This document shows, one piece after another, positions 1-9,526 of a DNA stretch of 64,000 nucleotides. Both the position numbers and the translations under genes were made by a program. Source of the stretch: a virus; IMG/VR virus record IMGVR_UViG_3300028888_000141, positions 75-64,074 of that record; one strand, given 5' to 3'. Each line of letters starts with the position of its first letter. Within the stretch, counting starts at the first letter, position 1. The notes under the pieces were generated by a model. That model was not told the DNA's origin, did not search any database, and was given only the letters and a program-made list of their open reading frames with translations.

Positions 1-195
1 TATGGTGCCAATACAGCACAAACAAAGCTAAAAAGAATAGAACTTGAAATTGTTTCAATCAAATCTAAAACAAATTAGATAAAAAGAAATGGAAATGAAA
101 TGCTTAGACAAATGTGTAAACAAACTAGCTAAACTTTTACATTTAAACTAATTTATTTACACATTCATCAACTCAAACCAAATCGTTTTGGCTTT

Positions 196-305
196 TGCAT
201 TGAACTAAAAGAGGTCTAAAGGAGTACTGAGTGGTTTTAGGGGGTACTTAAAAAGGAAGGATAGACATGGAAAATACCCTCTAGACCTCTTTATAGTTCT
301 AATGC
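196..305. repeat. Long imperfect inverted repeat downstream of the last gene
   Basis: gcatt-gaacta-aaagaggtcta (196-218) pairs with tagacctcttt-a-tagttc-t-aatgc (282-305). Confidence 0.7.
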
Positions 306-368
306 CTTGTAGACAAGCCAACAACTGGGAGGAGTTGTATGTTAAACAGCAGGACTGTTAACACTAAA

Positions 369-632
369 TTAAGCATCTATTTCACAAACTTTTTGCACTT
401 TGGTGAATTTATGTAAAGGATCATTCTTTACAATGTAATCAATTGCTGATTCAGTGATTTTAATTTGTTCAACTTCATTTGAATCATCTAAATCATCATT
501 AATTGTTTCAGCAAGTCGCTCACAACTAAAATGATGATTGTCTTGATCATAAACGTACCAATCGTCAAAATTGTCAAAAGGATTAAACGGATTGTCAATT
601 GTTGTGAGCATAGATTTAATAATTTTAGCCAT
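369..632 (-). CDS. Conserved phage hypothetical protein (MLTTIDNPFNPF motif)
   Basis: 87-aa ORF starting 4 nt after the RNAP stop, with GGAG SD. Confidence 0.75.
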   Translation of the reverse strand: MAKIIKSMLTTIDNPFNPFDNFDDWYVYDQDNHHFSCERLAETINDDLDDSNEVEQIKITESAIDYIVKNDPLHKFTKVQKVCEIDA

Positions 633-636
633 AAAC

Positions 637-3606
637 TTATGCTCCTTTCAAAACTCTTGATACAGTTGAAGTAGAAACGCCCATTGCATCAGCAATTTCA
701 GCAATTGTATAGAAACCATTGTGCATGTTGCGAATTTGTGCTTCTTGTGAATTGGAAAGAGCTCTTCCATTTGAAGGGGTTGCCCTTTCTCTAAGTGAGT
801 CTGGATTAGTATTTTGTAGAATCTGTTCCAAACGATTGTTACTTATAGCACCGGCTTGTATAGCTGCCCATTCCCTATCGGTGAGTTTAATCTCCTTATC
901 CTCTCTCCGTACACCCACCTGCGCCCGGGCAGTCTCTATGGCTATCTGGCGTATCTTCTTGATCTCTTTGGGTGTAAGATTATGATCAGCCTTAAGCTTC
1001 TCATTGATGATCCCTAGGGCTATGTTCTGGGCCCTAGCCTCCTTAGGCTTAGCCCGGAAGGCCTGGTCTAACTTAGCATTGAGGGACTCTACCTCCTGGG
1101 CATACTCCTTCTTAGCTGAGGGGCTATACTGAAGGCCCTTGGTATACATCATGGTCTTACGGGCTTCATTGGCCATAGCCTTAAGCTTATTGGCATAGTC
1201 GGCGTATAGTAACTCCGGCTCACTACGTATAGCAGATACCAGGGTACGTGCATCATTGGTCATGGCCATCTGTGGTCTGTCCTGAGTAGCAACCTTAACC
1301 TTACCAGTCTTAACTTTAATAGGTTTACCAGTGTCTTCATAGTACATTACATTACCATGCTCATCTTTTACTGGCTTGGTTTCTTCATAGGTTCTACCAC
1401 TCTCTTTAAGTATGACAGCACCTTCTGGTAAGTTCTCATCATACCAAGGCTTACCAATCTGATTGTAGTGTATCTGTCCTTTAGTTTCAGGATAGGCTTT
1501 CTTGTTCTTTGCTCGTGACAACAAAGTTGATGCTCCACCAACATGCAATTCACCATTCTCATCGTATCTTCTCTGATACATTACTTTGAGTGACTGTATG
1601 TCGTTATCTATTTCAGACTGTTTCCAATCCAAGTGGTGTTTCTTTGCATCGATTACTGTCTGCGAGTGACGAACAGCCTTAGCTATGTCATCCATTGGAG
1701 CACCGGCAACTGTCATGTCTGTAATAAGATTAGTTACAACACCCATTTGAAGCTGGGTATTTCTTTCATCCAGAGGTTTAATGGCTACACCATTCTTATT
1801 AACATAGATCTTCTTACCGTTCTTATCATAAGCAACTTCAGTTGCGTACTCTTCTTTGGCATCATAGCCAATAAGACCTTTAAGTGGATCAGTATTATTG
1901 ATCTTAACTTTATTGCCTTTATTGCAAGGTATTACAATAGCAGTATCACCATCAAAGTCTGCACCTGACAATCTATCAGCATTATTCTTATTAATACCAA
2001 CAGCATCCATAGGCGTTTTGCCTAACACTTTAATAGCTTCGGCATTTCTATTATTTACTGTAAGTATAGGAATCTCAAACGTTCCACCATGAGGGAAACG
2101 AACCAGAGCAACCTGTTCACCATCTCTATAGTTAGGAGCATAAATCTCGTCATCTTTAAGAGATGTGATAGGAAGAATAACCTGATACTTCTGTCTAGGT
2201 AATGCTGATGCTTTAAGTTCAACTGCTTTTGAATCACAACTGGATGCGAACTTCTCAAGATAATACTTTCTTATAGTTGGATTGTCTATGTCCATAATGC
2301 TATTGAATTCATTTCTAACATCCTGAATAGAATAGTCCAACTGTTTCTTAATTAGTTCTTTGTTCTGTTTAGACAAGAACTGTGCAGGAAGATCTTTAGA
2401 GTATTCACCCCAATCTCCTTCATCATGTATCTTGTTTATAGCAGACTGTTTCTTTTCTCCAGTTTTGCTATCGATGTAATCAGACTGACCACCTTTCATT
2501 ATTACAGCACCAAAAGGATTCATTTGATCAATCTGACCTTTATGAGCAGGGTCTTCTTTCATTGGTTTAAGAACACCATTATCACCATCGATCATCTTTT
2601 TATTACTATGCTTATTAGTGTTGAACAAAATATCAACACCATCAGGCATATCCTTGCCGTCTCTGTAAACTGCCATACCTTTTAAGTAATGAGTTCCATC
2701 GACGGCAATTCTTACCTGCGCATAGTGTGAATCACCCAGGCTAAGATCCTCAACACCTCTACGAATTTCAATAACTCCATCCTTTTCGATTCCACCTTCT
2801 TCGGCATACACAACCTTTACTCGGCTTGAGTCTATTGATACAGGAGGTTTAGGGGCATTCCACGTCAATCCGGCATCATCTGAATGATACTCGTTAATTG
2901 ACTGAATCTCGCCAGCATCTCTAACCTGGAACAATTCCCTATATTTTTCTTTCTGAGTCATACCTTCAGGAAACTTAGCAGCGACAACTCGAGTTGTCAG
3001 CTGTCTACTATTAGTAGCCTGAGGTATTTTTAAATTCAAAATATCATAGCCATCGCGACGCATAATCTCGAGAGCTTCTGACATTTTGTTTTTGGTTATA
3101 CCAAGATTACCATCAACATCGGTAATTTCTTTCTCAGTTCCTTTACCAACATCAATATATTTCTTAGCTTTAACCTGATCTTCCAAGAATTTAGCAGTAG
3201 CTTGAGCCTGAAGAGGCTTAACATCTCGATTACTTTCAAGATAGTTTCTTACGGTTCTATCTTTAATTCCTGTAATCTTCTCAATTTCAGCAACAGTCTT
3301 TCCTTCTTCAGCAAGCTTTTTACACCAAGTAATCTGGTCATTCTTACGTTCATTCTTGGCAACTGATTCCCAAGCTTTAAGCTGAGTCATAGTACAACCC
3401 ATAGCTCTAGCAATCTGCTTGGTATCAAGTCCTCTTTTACGAAGTTTGTCGACTCTTCCGAGCCAGTCAGCACTTTCATGCTGATAAGGATTCTCACCAG
3501 AGCCCCAAGGATATCTACCAGAATGTCTAGGAGTTCCATAGTGCTCTAAATATAAACCCTCTTCAAGCTTTTCATAAGCTTCATAGCTTTCATATTGATC
3601 ACTCAT
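637..3606 (-). CDS. Putative single-subunit two-barrel (DPBB) RNA polymerase with N- and C-terminal HTH domains
   Basis: 989 aa. EKDGVIEI, YAQVRIAVDGTHYLKGM, ALVRFPH and LSGADFDGD (nt 1945-1959) occur in the order typical of YonO/cellular-RdRP-like DPBB enzymes. HTH-like segments: TKQIARAMGCT, TVAEIEKITGIKDRTVRNYL, TIAEIADAMGVSTSTVSRVL. Confidence 0.75.
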   Translation of the reverse strand: MSDQYESYEAYEKLEEGLYLEHYGTPRHSGRYPWGSGENPYQHESADWLGRVDKLRKRGLDTKQIARAMGCTMTQLKAWESVAKNERKNDQITWCKKLAEEGKTVAEIEKITGIKDRTVRNYLESNRDVKPLQAQATAKFLEDQVKAKKYIDVGKGTEKEITDVDGNLGITKNKMSEALEIMRRDGYDILNLKIPQATNSRQLTTRVVAAKFPEGMTQKEKYRELFQVRDAGEIQSINEYHSDDAGLTWNAPKPPVSIDSSRVKVVYAEEGGIEKDGVIEIRRGVEDLSLGDSHYAQVRIAVDGTHYLKGMAVYRDGKDMPDGVDILFNTNKHSNKKMIDGDNGVLKPMKEDPAHKGQIDQMNPFGAVIMKGGQSDYIDSKTGEKKQSAINKIHDEGDWGEYSKDLPAQFLSKQNKELIKKQLDYSIQDVRNEFNSIMDIDNPTIRKYYLEKFASSCDSKAVELKASALPRQKYQVILPITSLKDDEIYAPNYRDGEQVALVRFPHGGTFEIPILTVNNRNAEAIKVLGKTPMDAVGINKNNADRLSGADFDGDTAIVIPCNKGNKVKINNTDPLKGLIGYDAKEEYATEVAYDKNGKKIYVNKNGVAIKPLDERNTQLQMGVVTNLITDMTVAGAPMDDIAKAVRHSQTVIDAKKHHLDWKQSEIDNDIQSLKVMYQRRYDENGELHVGGASTLLSRAKNKKAYPETKGQIHYNQIGKPWYDENLPEGAVILKESGRTYEETKPVKDEHGNVMYYEDTGKPIKVKTGKVKVATQDRPQMAMTNDARTLVSAIRSEPELLYADYANKLKAMANEARKTMMYTKGLQYSPSAKKEYAQEVESLNAKLDQAFRAKPKEARAQNIALGIINEKLKADHNLTPKEIKKIRQIAIETARAQVGVRREDKEIKLTDREWAAIQAGAISNNRLEQILQNTNPDSLRERATPSNGRALSNSQEAQIRNMHNGFYTIAEIADAMGVSTSTVSRVLKGA

Positions 3607-4169
3607 TATACTGCTCCTGTCATTTCACATTCTCTAAGAGTCTTGGTAAAACTTATGGCTTTATCCATAATTGGAACAATATTCTCAACAGATGGCTCAA
3701 ATATGTTCACGTCATCGTTCTGATAGATACGTAACTCCATCTGAATATCACTGGGCTTAACATGATACTCAAGGCAGAACAAAGCAGCATACACTTCAAG
3801 CTGTTCCATGTGTGTAGGTGTAACACCAGTTTTTAGATCATGGATTCTTAAGAATCCTTTCTTCTCATTGAACTTGATTGCATCTGCTGTTCCAAAACAA
3901 TATTCGCTATAATATAAAACGACTTCAGGAGTCATTCCAAAACCGATTGCATCGTTTACATAATTAGCAATATTAGTTGTGCCTTTAAGTTTCTGTTTAA
4001 GTTTTATGCACTGAGCAGCGAAAGCATGAAGTTCTGTTCCTCTTTCTGTTGCTCTATAATTCCTGTAAGACTCAAGTACTTTCTCATCAGAGTAATTAAT
4101 CCAATGATACTTACTTGCACCAAGAAAGGCATGACACCCTTCAAGATTTGAATGATCGTTCCAAATCAT
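3606..4169 (-). CDS. PD-(D/E)XK exonuclease (Cas4/RecB-like phage nuclease)
   Basis: RGTELH, FGTADAI, IHDLKTG and QLEVYA motifs. Confidence 0.75.
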   Translation of the reverse strand: MIWNDHSNLEGCHAFLGASKYHWINYSDEKVLESYRNYRATERGTELHAFAAQCIKLKQKLKGTTNIANYVNDAIGFGMTPEVVLYYSEYCFGTADAIKFNEKKGFLRIHDLKTGVTPTHMEQLEVYAALFCLEYHVKPSDIQMELRIYQNDDVNIFEPSVENIVPIMDKAISFTKTLRECEMTGAV

Positions 4170-4461
4170 CTAGTACCTCCTCTTTGTTCTCAGGAAATAT
4201 AAATCGACTAAATGACATCTTGTTCATCTTGTCGACATAATAATCCTGATTTGGTTGATGCTTGCTAGATGATGTTCGCTTACATTCAAGAGAAGCCCAA
4301 TGTTTCTTATGCAAAACTAAAAGATCGGGAATTCCTTGAATATAATTTGGATCATTCTTAAGAACCATACATCCAGGAAACCGATCTTTAATATCTTTTA
4401 TTAATTCTGCTTGAAACTTTCTTTCGGCTTTCTTATCTTGCCTTGTCTTACTCGTTTTCAT
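4141..4461 (-). CDS. VRR-NUC-like nuclease / resolvase
   Basis: E-x-x-F-Q, GIPDL, LECK and QPNQ motifs; start moved to the ATG at 4461 after AGGAG. Confidence 0.75.
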   Translation of the reverse strand: MKTSKTRQDKKAERKFQAELIKDIKDRFPGCMVLKNDPNYIQGIPDLLVLHKKHWASLECKRTSSSKHQPNQDYYVDKMNKMSFSRFIFPENKEEVLDDLERSFKS

Positions 4462-4551
4462 TGTTTGTCTCCTTCCCAAAATCCAAACAAAAAGAAAAGA
4501 GTATAACTATATAAAATATAGACATCTTTACGACGTTTTATCTACTCTCTC

Positions 4552-4578
4552 CATAAAAGGGTAAGATTTTTTTGCGAA
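4552..4578 (-). promoter_or_regulatory. Conserved 27-bp phage promoter motif upstream of the nuclease-RNAP operon
   Basis: Minus strand TTCGCA-AAAAAATCTTACCC-TTTTAT-G, same spacing as most other copies. Confidence 0.65.
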
Positions 4579-4599
4579 CATCAAAAATTTGTGAAAAAT

Positions 4600-4870
4600 A
4601 ACGTTCTGCCTGAAAACCTACTTTTATTCCTATATCTTTATATTTTTTATTTTTTTATTTTTATAGTTTTATAGAAAAAAAAACAGGTTTTTAGGCAGAA
4701 ATCGCTGAAACCCGCATGGATACTGGGCTGCAGCCCGCCTGTTTTTTCTGAAAAAGTAGGCGTACGCCTGTTTTTCTGACAAAAAGTAGGCAGAATTTTG
4801 CCAAAAATATCAAAAAACCTAAAACAAAAACAGGCAGAACCTATTTTTAGGCAGAAAAGTAGGCAGAGAT
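4600..4870. repeat. Putative replication origin: AGGCAGA iteron-like repeats next to an A/T-rich tract
   Basis: AGGCAGA at 4693, 4788, 4832, 4849 and 4861, inverted at 4605; tandem cgcctgtttt..ctga..aaaaagtaggc at 4736 and 4765; T/A runs at 4620-4683; non-coding. Confidence 0.55.
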
Positions 4871-4925
4871 TTTGTGATAAAAACATGACAAAATAACTAC
4901 CAAATGATAAACGAAATGGAAAAAA

Positions 4926-4955
4926 GAGAGGCTGATATTAAAATATCAACCCCTC
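4926..4955 (-). terminator. Intrinsic terminator of the (C/T)TGATA..TATCA hairpin family
   Basis: Hairpin followed by a T-tract on the minus strand, directly after the 125-aa ORF. Confidence 0.7.
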
Positions 4956-4968
4956 GATAACGATCAAT

Positions 4969-5346
4969 TTACCGTTTGAGTAAGCCCATCGACGACAAAA
5001 TTACTGTCGTAGATTCTCCGGCCTGACGTCGTTCTGCAAGTTCTACCTGCTGCTGATTGGTCATAGGACGCTTCAACATCACCCAAGAACCTGTTACCGG
5101 ATCGTATTTCTCAAGTTTCCTGCGTTTTTCCTCACGGTGATCATCAAGCTTTCGATCTACTCTGCCAACTAGTTTTGCTGCACCAGTCGCACAAGCGCCT
5201 AAAGCCGTGATACCTGCGATAGTTTCGCCAGGATGATCTGCACACCATCCAATAACATTCCTCACGGATGACTTAATGTCCTCAACCTTCTGCTTTGCCT
5301 TGCGTTTAGTATCTTCCATCTTGCCTTCAAATTGTTCTTTTGTCAT
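4969..5346 (-). CDS. Cassette-encoded single-TM hypothetical protein
   Basis: 125 aa with a hydrophobic segment; own promoter motif (5384-5412), AGGAGG SD and terminator. Confidence 0.75.
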   Translation of the reverse strand: MTKEQFEGKMEDTKRKAKQKVEDIKSSVRNVIGWCADHPGETIAGITALGACATGAAKLVGRVDRKLDDHREEKRRKLEKYDPVTGSWVMLKRPMTNQQQVELAERRQAGESTTVILSSMGLLKR

Positions 5347-5445
5347 TTTATATACCTCCTACAAATATAAATAACAACGTTACCATTAAAGACTATGAAA
5401 AGTTTTCACGAAAAGGAAAAGGGCATATTTCAGCCCTAAATTCCT

Positions 5446-5754
5446 TCATACATATTTAGTTAATTGATCTTTTCTTAGTTTTATCCAACCTCTTTCTAAT
5501 AACATATTCATTACAGATTTTCCTGTTACTGGTACTATCCAAAATATAAATCCGTTAACATCAACACGTTTAGCTAATCTTACTGAATTAGTACCTTTAA
5601 CCGCATAAAAATCTTTCATACACATTCCATCGATTAAATGCCAGTTATCAGTAACCATCCATTCTATTTTATCTAAACGATTGTCAAAGAATCTTTTTGA
5701 TACCAAATTAGAATCTGTAAAATATAAATCATATAGTTTGTATTGTAATTCCAT
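5446..5754 (-). CDS. Cassette-encoded hypothetical protein
   Basis: Promoter motif at 5767-5793, then GGAGGTGAT SD and ATG at 5754; AT-rich; hairpin terminator at 5414-5445. Confidence 0.7.
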   Translation of the reverse strand: MELQYKLYDLYFTDSNLVSKRFFDNRLDKIEWMVTDNWHLIDGMCMKDFYAVKGTNSVRLAKRVDVNGFIFWIVPVTGKSVMNMLLERGWIKLRKDQLTKYV

Positions 5755-5786
5755 AATTATCACCTCCATAAAAAGGCGTGAAATAA

Positions 5787-6965
5787 TTACGAAATATCTT
5801 TACAAAACGCACTTTCATTAAAGTTCTTTTTATTACTCAAAGCTCTGCTAATAGCTAAATCAATGCCTGAATGCGATTTAAAGTGATAATAATATAAATC
5901 TACAAATGGCGTATTAAGTCTATCAATTCTACCAGATGCTTGTTCCGTTTGCTTATAGCTGTAGCTTTGTGAGAAGAATATGATTGTGTCTGTGAGAACG
6001 CAGTTCCATCCTTCTGACCCAGAATTGTATTGCACCAAATACACCCATCTAGAATATCCAATAGGAATTTCTTGGTGTTTGTGTCCATTCCATTCTGCCA
6101 AGTGAAATATCCTTTGGTCGCTTGTGAATTCACTATTCTTAGTTTCAAAGAAGCCTTTAAGTAGATCAAGTTCGTAATCGTAGTTGTAGAATATAATGAT
6201 CTTGTTACGCCGTTCTGCAATTTCATATACTTTACTAAGTCGTGCAGGGTCCGAATTAACAACTCTCCTGAGCGTATAGCACATCGCTCCAGCATTTTGT
6301 AATGGCTCTTCTTTAAAGATGTCCCAGCGATCCTTAAGTATACGCTTATAATCCACAATCGAATACGGACAATAAATATCTTCATGATGTCTTACCGTCC
6401 TCCTTTCAAAATCCATCTGAACCAGTATCTTACGACGTAGCCCATTCAAATATCCAGTGTGTACATAGCCATCGATCTTAGGGAAGTCTGTGTAACGGTT
6501 CCATATAACATGTTTCTGACAGAATTCCGTACGATTTTTATAGAAACCATTAGCTATAAAGATAGGAATATAATCTTCCCAAGAATCTCCAGGCGTTGCA
6601 GACAATACAATCCATTTATTGTTTTTTGCTATTTTCAGAAATGCTTTTACCCACGCGCCTTTTCCAGTTATACGATCCTCATCAAATATAAAGAACGCAC
6701 CGGTTACTTCTGCATACTTTTTAATATTATTCCAACTATCAATCTTTTCTGCAGAAAAATGAAAAGGCAAAAGCTCTTCTTCCCACTCAAGCTCATCACG
6801 CTTTTTAGCAGTGGTAATAATATAAAGTGGGACATTCTTACCTATTTTTAGGTCGTAGTAAGCGAGTGAGGTCCGAGATTTCCCAGACCCCACACCGCCA
6901 GCAAGTATACAACCATTATGAATATTGGGTAAAGCCTTTTTCTGATGGTCGTATAACTCTACCAT
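5787..6965 (-). CDS. SF2 (SNF2-like) DNA helicase
   Basis: LYDHQ Q-motif, GVGSGKS, FIFDE, LSATP, GSEGWN and QASGRIDR. Confidence 0.9.
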   Translation of the reverse strand: MVELYDHQKKALPNIHNGCILAGGVGSGKSRTSLAYYDLKIGKNVPLYIITTAKKRDELEWEEELLPFHFSAEKIDSWNNIKKYAEVTGAFFIFDEDRITGKGAWVKAFLKIAKNNKWIVLSATPGDSWEDYIPIFIANGFYKNRTEFCQKHVIWNRYTDFPKIDGYVHTGYLNGLRRKILVQMDFERRTVRHHEDIYCPYSIVDYKRILKDRWDIFKEEPLQNAGAMCYTLRRVVNSDPARLSKVYEIAERRNKIIIFYNYDYELDLLKGFFETKNSEFTSDQRIFHLAEWNGHKHQEIPIGYSRWVYLVQYNSGSEGWNCVLTDTIIFFSQSYSYKQTEQASGRIDRLNTPFVDLYYYHFKSHSGIDLAISRALSNKKNFNESAFCKDIS

Positions 6966-6968
6966 ACT

Positions 6969-7193
6969 TTACTCCTTCTTAAAATTACAAAGCCATTCAT
7001 CCAGTTGTTTAGCACATTCCGGACAAAGATCGAAATTAAATTCATTTCTACCAAAACCTTTAAGATACGATGATGTCCCTCTAATAAAAAATTTTGTAAT
7101 TTTATGAATAAAGAAATAAGGTTCATCAAGATCATGCTTTTCACTCATTTCTTTGCCGCATCTGTCGCATGTAAAAATACGTCTTTCACTCAT
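6969..7193 (-). CDS. Small Zn-ribbon protein
   Basis: CDRC...LCPEC; translationally coupled operon. Confidence 0.65.
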   Translation of the reverse strand: MSERRIFTCDRCGKEMSEKHDLDEPYFFIHKITKFFIRGTSSYLKGFGRNEFNFDLCPECAKQLDEWLCNFKKE

Positions 7194-7416
7194 TTAAATC
7201 ACCTCTCTTTGCTCCAAATGTTATACGCTCGATACCATGGTTATCTTCAGGTTCTCTTTCACCCTTCAGAATATCAATCATCTTCTCGTAGCACTCGATC
7301 TGCTGCTTAAGATTATCAATACATGCTTCTTGATTAGCAATGATCTGCTCCTGAATATCAATCCTCTGCTCAAGATTATTAATCAATGCATTTATATCAC
7401 GTTCTGCCATTACCAT
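7186..7416 (-). CDS. Small coiled-coil protein
   Basis: Heptad-like L/I spacing; overlaps its neighbours. Confidence 0.6.
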   Translation of the reverse strand: MVMAERDINALINNLEQRIDIQEQIIANQEACIDNLKQQIECYEKMIDILKGEREPEDNHGIERITFGAKRGDLNE

Positions 7417-7657
7417 TCCTCCTCATTCCTTCTTCCACACCTTTTACATACGCTGCGTGCTCACGATCATAAATATCAATCATTTTCTGCTTCGTGAATT
7501 CGAGTTTAGATAAAACAAATTTAAAGCTATAATTCACAACCTTACAATCCTTCTTATCCAATTCGTTCACAATCTTAATATCCGATGCAGGAACCACATA
7601 AGGCCTGTCCGTCATAGGTCTACCGTCGTCCTCAAATACTCTTACTTCTGCGTACAT
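7397..7657 (-). CDS. Hypothetical protein
   Basis: 86 aa, AAGGAG SD. Confidence 0.6.
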   Translation of the reverse strand: MYAEVRVFEDDGRPMTDRPYVVPASDIKIVNELDKKDCKVVNYSFKFVLSKLEFTKQKMIDIYDREHAAYVKGVEEGMRRNGNGRT

Positions 7658-8211
7658 ATTGTCTCCTTATTTTCCAATTGCTCCAAATCAGAAGTACTCT
7701 TATCCTGCGGAATATAAACGCCTGCTGCATTCTTACGAAGGTTAAGAGGTTCCGGCTCATCATCGATGGAAAGTTTGTCGTTATCTTCGAAAGACGTGCA
7801 TCCTACCTTTTGATTGTGTATCGGAACGCTATAATATTTACAGCAACCAACTCCGGTATTAAGATCCATATGCTCAACATCGAAATACTTGCAATTACCG
7901 CATACTTTTCTTCTAATACCGGGAGTAAACATTGCTTCAAGTCTTTCCTCATCAAACTTAGCATGATCCTCGCGTTCCGCCTCAGTGAATGTCTCAATCA
8001 AATGTGTAAGATACCAAACAGCCTTCTTCAGATCCTGAACACCATTCTTCTTTTTCCATCTCAGAATGTACTTAATTGCATTAGCAGTGCAGACTGCTTC
8101 AGTACCCTGCAAGTCTTTACAGAACTCGTCAATAATATCAATAACCTCATACTTACCGCTTTTATAGTGGTCCGGGTGACTTACCATTTTATCGTTAGTT
8201 TCGTAGCTCAT
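7642..8211 (-). CDS. DUF3310-like protein with a C-terminal Cys cluster
   Basis: VSHPDHY..EVIDII..NAIKYILRW..KNGVQDLKKAVWYL; CGNC..CC..C. Confidence 0.75.
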   Translation of the reverse strand: MSYETNDKMVSHPDHYKSGKYEVIDIIDEFCKDLQGTEAVCTANAIKYILRWKKKNGVQDLKKAVWYLTHLIETFTEAEREDHAKFDEERLEAMFTPGIRRKVCGNCKYFDVEHMDLNTGVGCCKYYSVPIHNQKVGCTSFEDNDKLSIDDEPEPLNLRKNAAGVYIPQDKSTSDLEQLENKETICTQK

Positions 8212-9188
8212 TTTGTCTCCTCTCTTTCTGCCTTCTTACTTCTATCTTCGCCTTTCCTAAACCAGCGCTTAAATACATGATAGTAATCTCTTTCGTTACC
8301 GAATACCTTCTTACATACTGCCATAGCGAATCCCTTTTCTTTGTCATAAGGCTCGCCATCCTGAGTATGCACAACAGTTCTGGTTCCATCATTCCAGAGA
8401 ATAACAGTAGCAGGATCGTCGAAGATAACCTTGTCTATTTTTGAGGAAATAGTCATAGGAGCATCTTTATGAAGACCAGCACCATTATTAAATGCCCATG
8501 TTAGAGCAGCTTCCGTCTTAGCCGCTGTTTCTTCTTTAAAGGTGCTATCCATATCTCTATCATATCTAACAAATCTTCTGGCGTTACGAAGCATACGAGT
8601 GATTTTATCGCTATAAGGTAGCATAAATCTAGCATTAAGAGCCTGTCCAATATTATACAAAAATGTACACTCGAGATCTTGCCAAGTCTTATATCTTATG
8701 ACCCATATAGCCCTACCATTCTTATATACTGTTACAATATACGGATCAGCATAACCATATTTATTTCTTTCTATTTTAACTGATGCACCAATCTCGTCAA
8801 ATGTCATAAAATAGATATGATCTTCCACACTCCATTTCTCGTTTATTGATTGAATACATCTTATACTGGTATCGTCGGGTCTCTCCTTTTCAATTTTCTT
8901 TGAGGCATACCCATCAACCTTAACTTCAATCGTATCATCACGAGAAGTGGCGTTGGTTTCTATATGTGTAACAGTCATTACCTTGGTAAAAGTTCCGTCA
9001 TCATTTTTTAAATATAATTCTCCGCTTACAAAATTAGAGTTAAGAGTAGTTCCCATTTTCTGTTCCCCTTTCCATATACCTTCATACTTAGGATAAAAAT
9101 CAGATATATCCATATCACAATATTTGCTATAATAATCTTTGTAACCTAATCCAGGATCTTTAACGGTCCAAGCCCAACCGCCTTCCAT
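8208..9188 (-). CDS. Hypothetical protein with a conserved phage C-terminal domain
   Basis: 326 aa; IDKVIFDDPATVILWNDGTRTVV..YDKEKGFAMA resembles a domain common in phages. Confidence 0.65.
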   Translation of the reverse strand: MEGGWAWTVKDPGLGYKDYYSKYCDMDISDFYPKYEGIWKGEQKMGTTLNSNFVSGELYLKNDDGTFTKVMTVTHIETNATSRDDTIEVKVDGYASKKIEKERPDDTSIRCIQSINEKWSVEDHIYFMTFDEIGASVKIERNKYGYADPYIVTVYKNGRAIWVIRYKTWQDLECTFLYNIGQALNARFMLPYSDKITRMLRNARRFVRYDRDMDSTFKEETAAKTEAALTWAFNNGAGLHKDAPMTISSKIDKVIFDDPATVILWNDGTRTVVHTQDGEPYDKEKGFAMAVCKKVFGNERDYYHVFKRWFRKGEDRSKKAEREETK

Positions 9189-9193
9189 ATTAA

Positions 9194-9526
9194 TTACCTC
9201 TTCTTTTCTTTATTCATGACATCATTAAACTCCTTCATAGCATCTAATTCACCATTCATAGCGGTAACTAAATGTTTACGAATTCTTTTTATAGCTACCT
9301 CAAAACCAAATCTCTGATTTTCTCCTTTCTCGGTAAGCTTAGCGAACTCGAGTTTACGGGCATCATCGAGCTCCATCATATCCAAAAGATGCATAACATC
9401 ATCTAAAGTTCCAAATATCATTATGTGAGCAAACTGATCAAGAACCGTTTTCATTTCTTCAGGAACATTATCTGCTAACATATCAAACAACTGATCCTGA
9501 AGTTCATGTGCTGTGTTATTTTCCAT
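9194..9526 (-). CDS. Hypothetical protein
   Basis: 110 aa, in operon. Confidence 0.65.
   Translation of the reverse strand: MENNTAHELQDQLFDMLADNVPEEMKTVLDQFAHIMIFGTLDDVMHLLDMMELDDARKLEFAKLTEKGENQRFGFEVAIKRIRKHLVTAMNGELDAMKEFNDVMNKEKKR

Noticed and set aside
3606-4169. Cas4 as evidence of a CRISPR system
   Set aside because: Stand-alone PD-(D/E)XK nuclease without the four-Cys cluster pattern or other cas genes
4647-4886. 79-aa minus-strand ORF
   Set aside because: Phe/Lys/Cys-rich translation of the repeat array; no SD
7678-8280. 200-aa plus-strand ORF (similar ones at 15119 and 17463)
   Set aside because: Fully antisense to well-supported minus-strand genes
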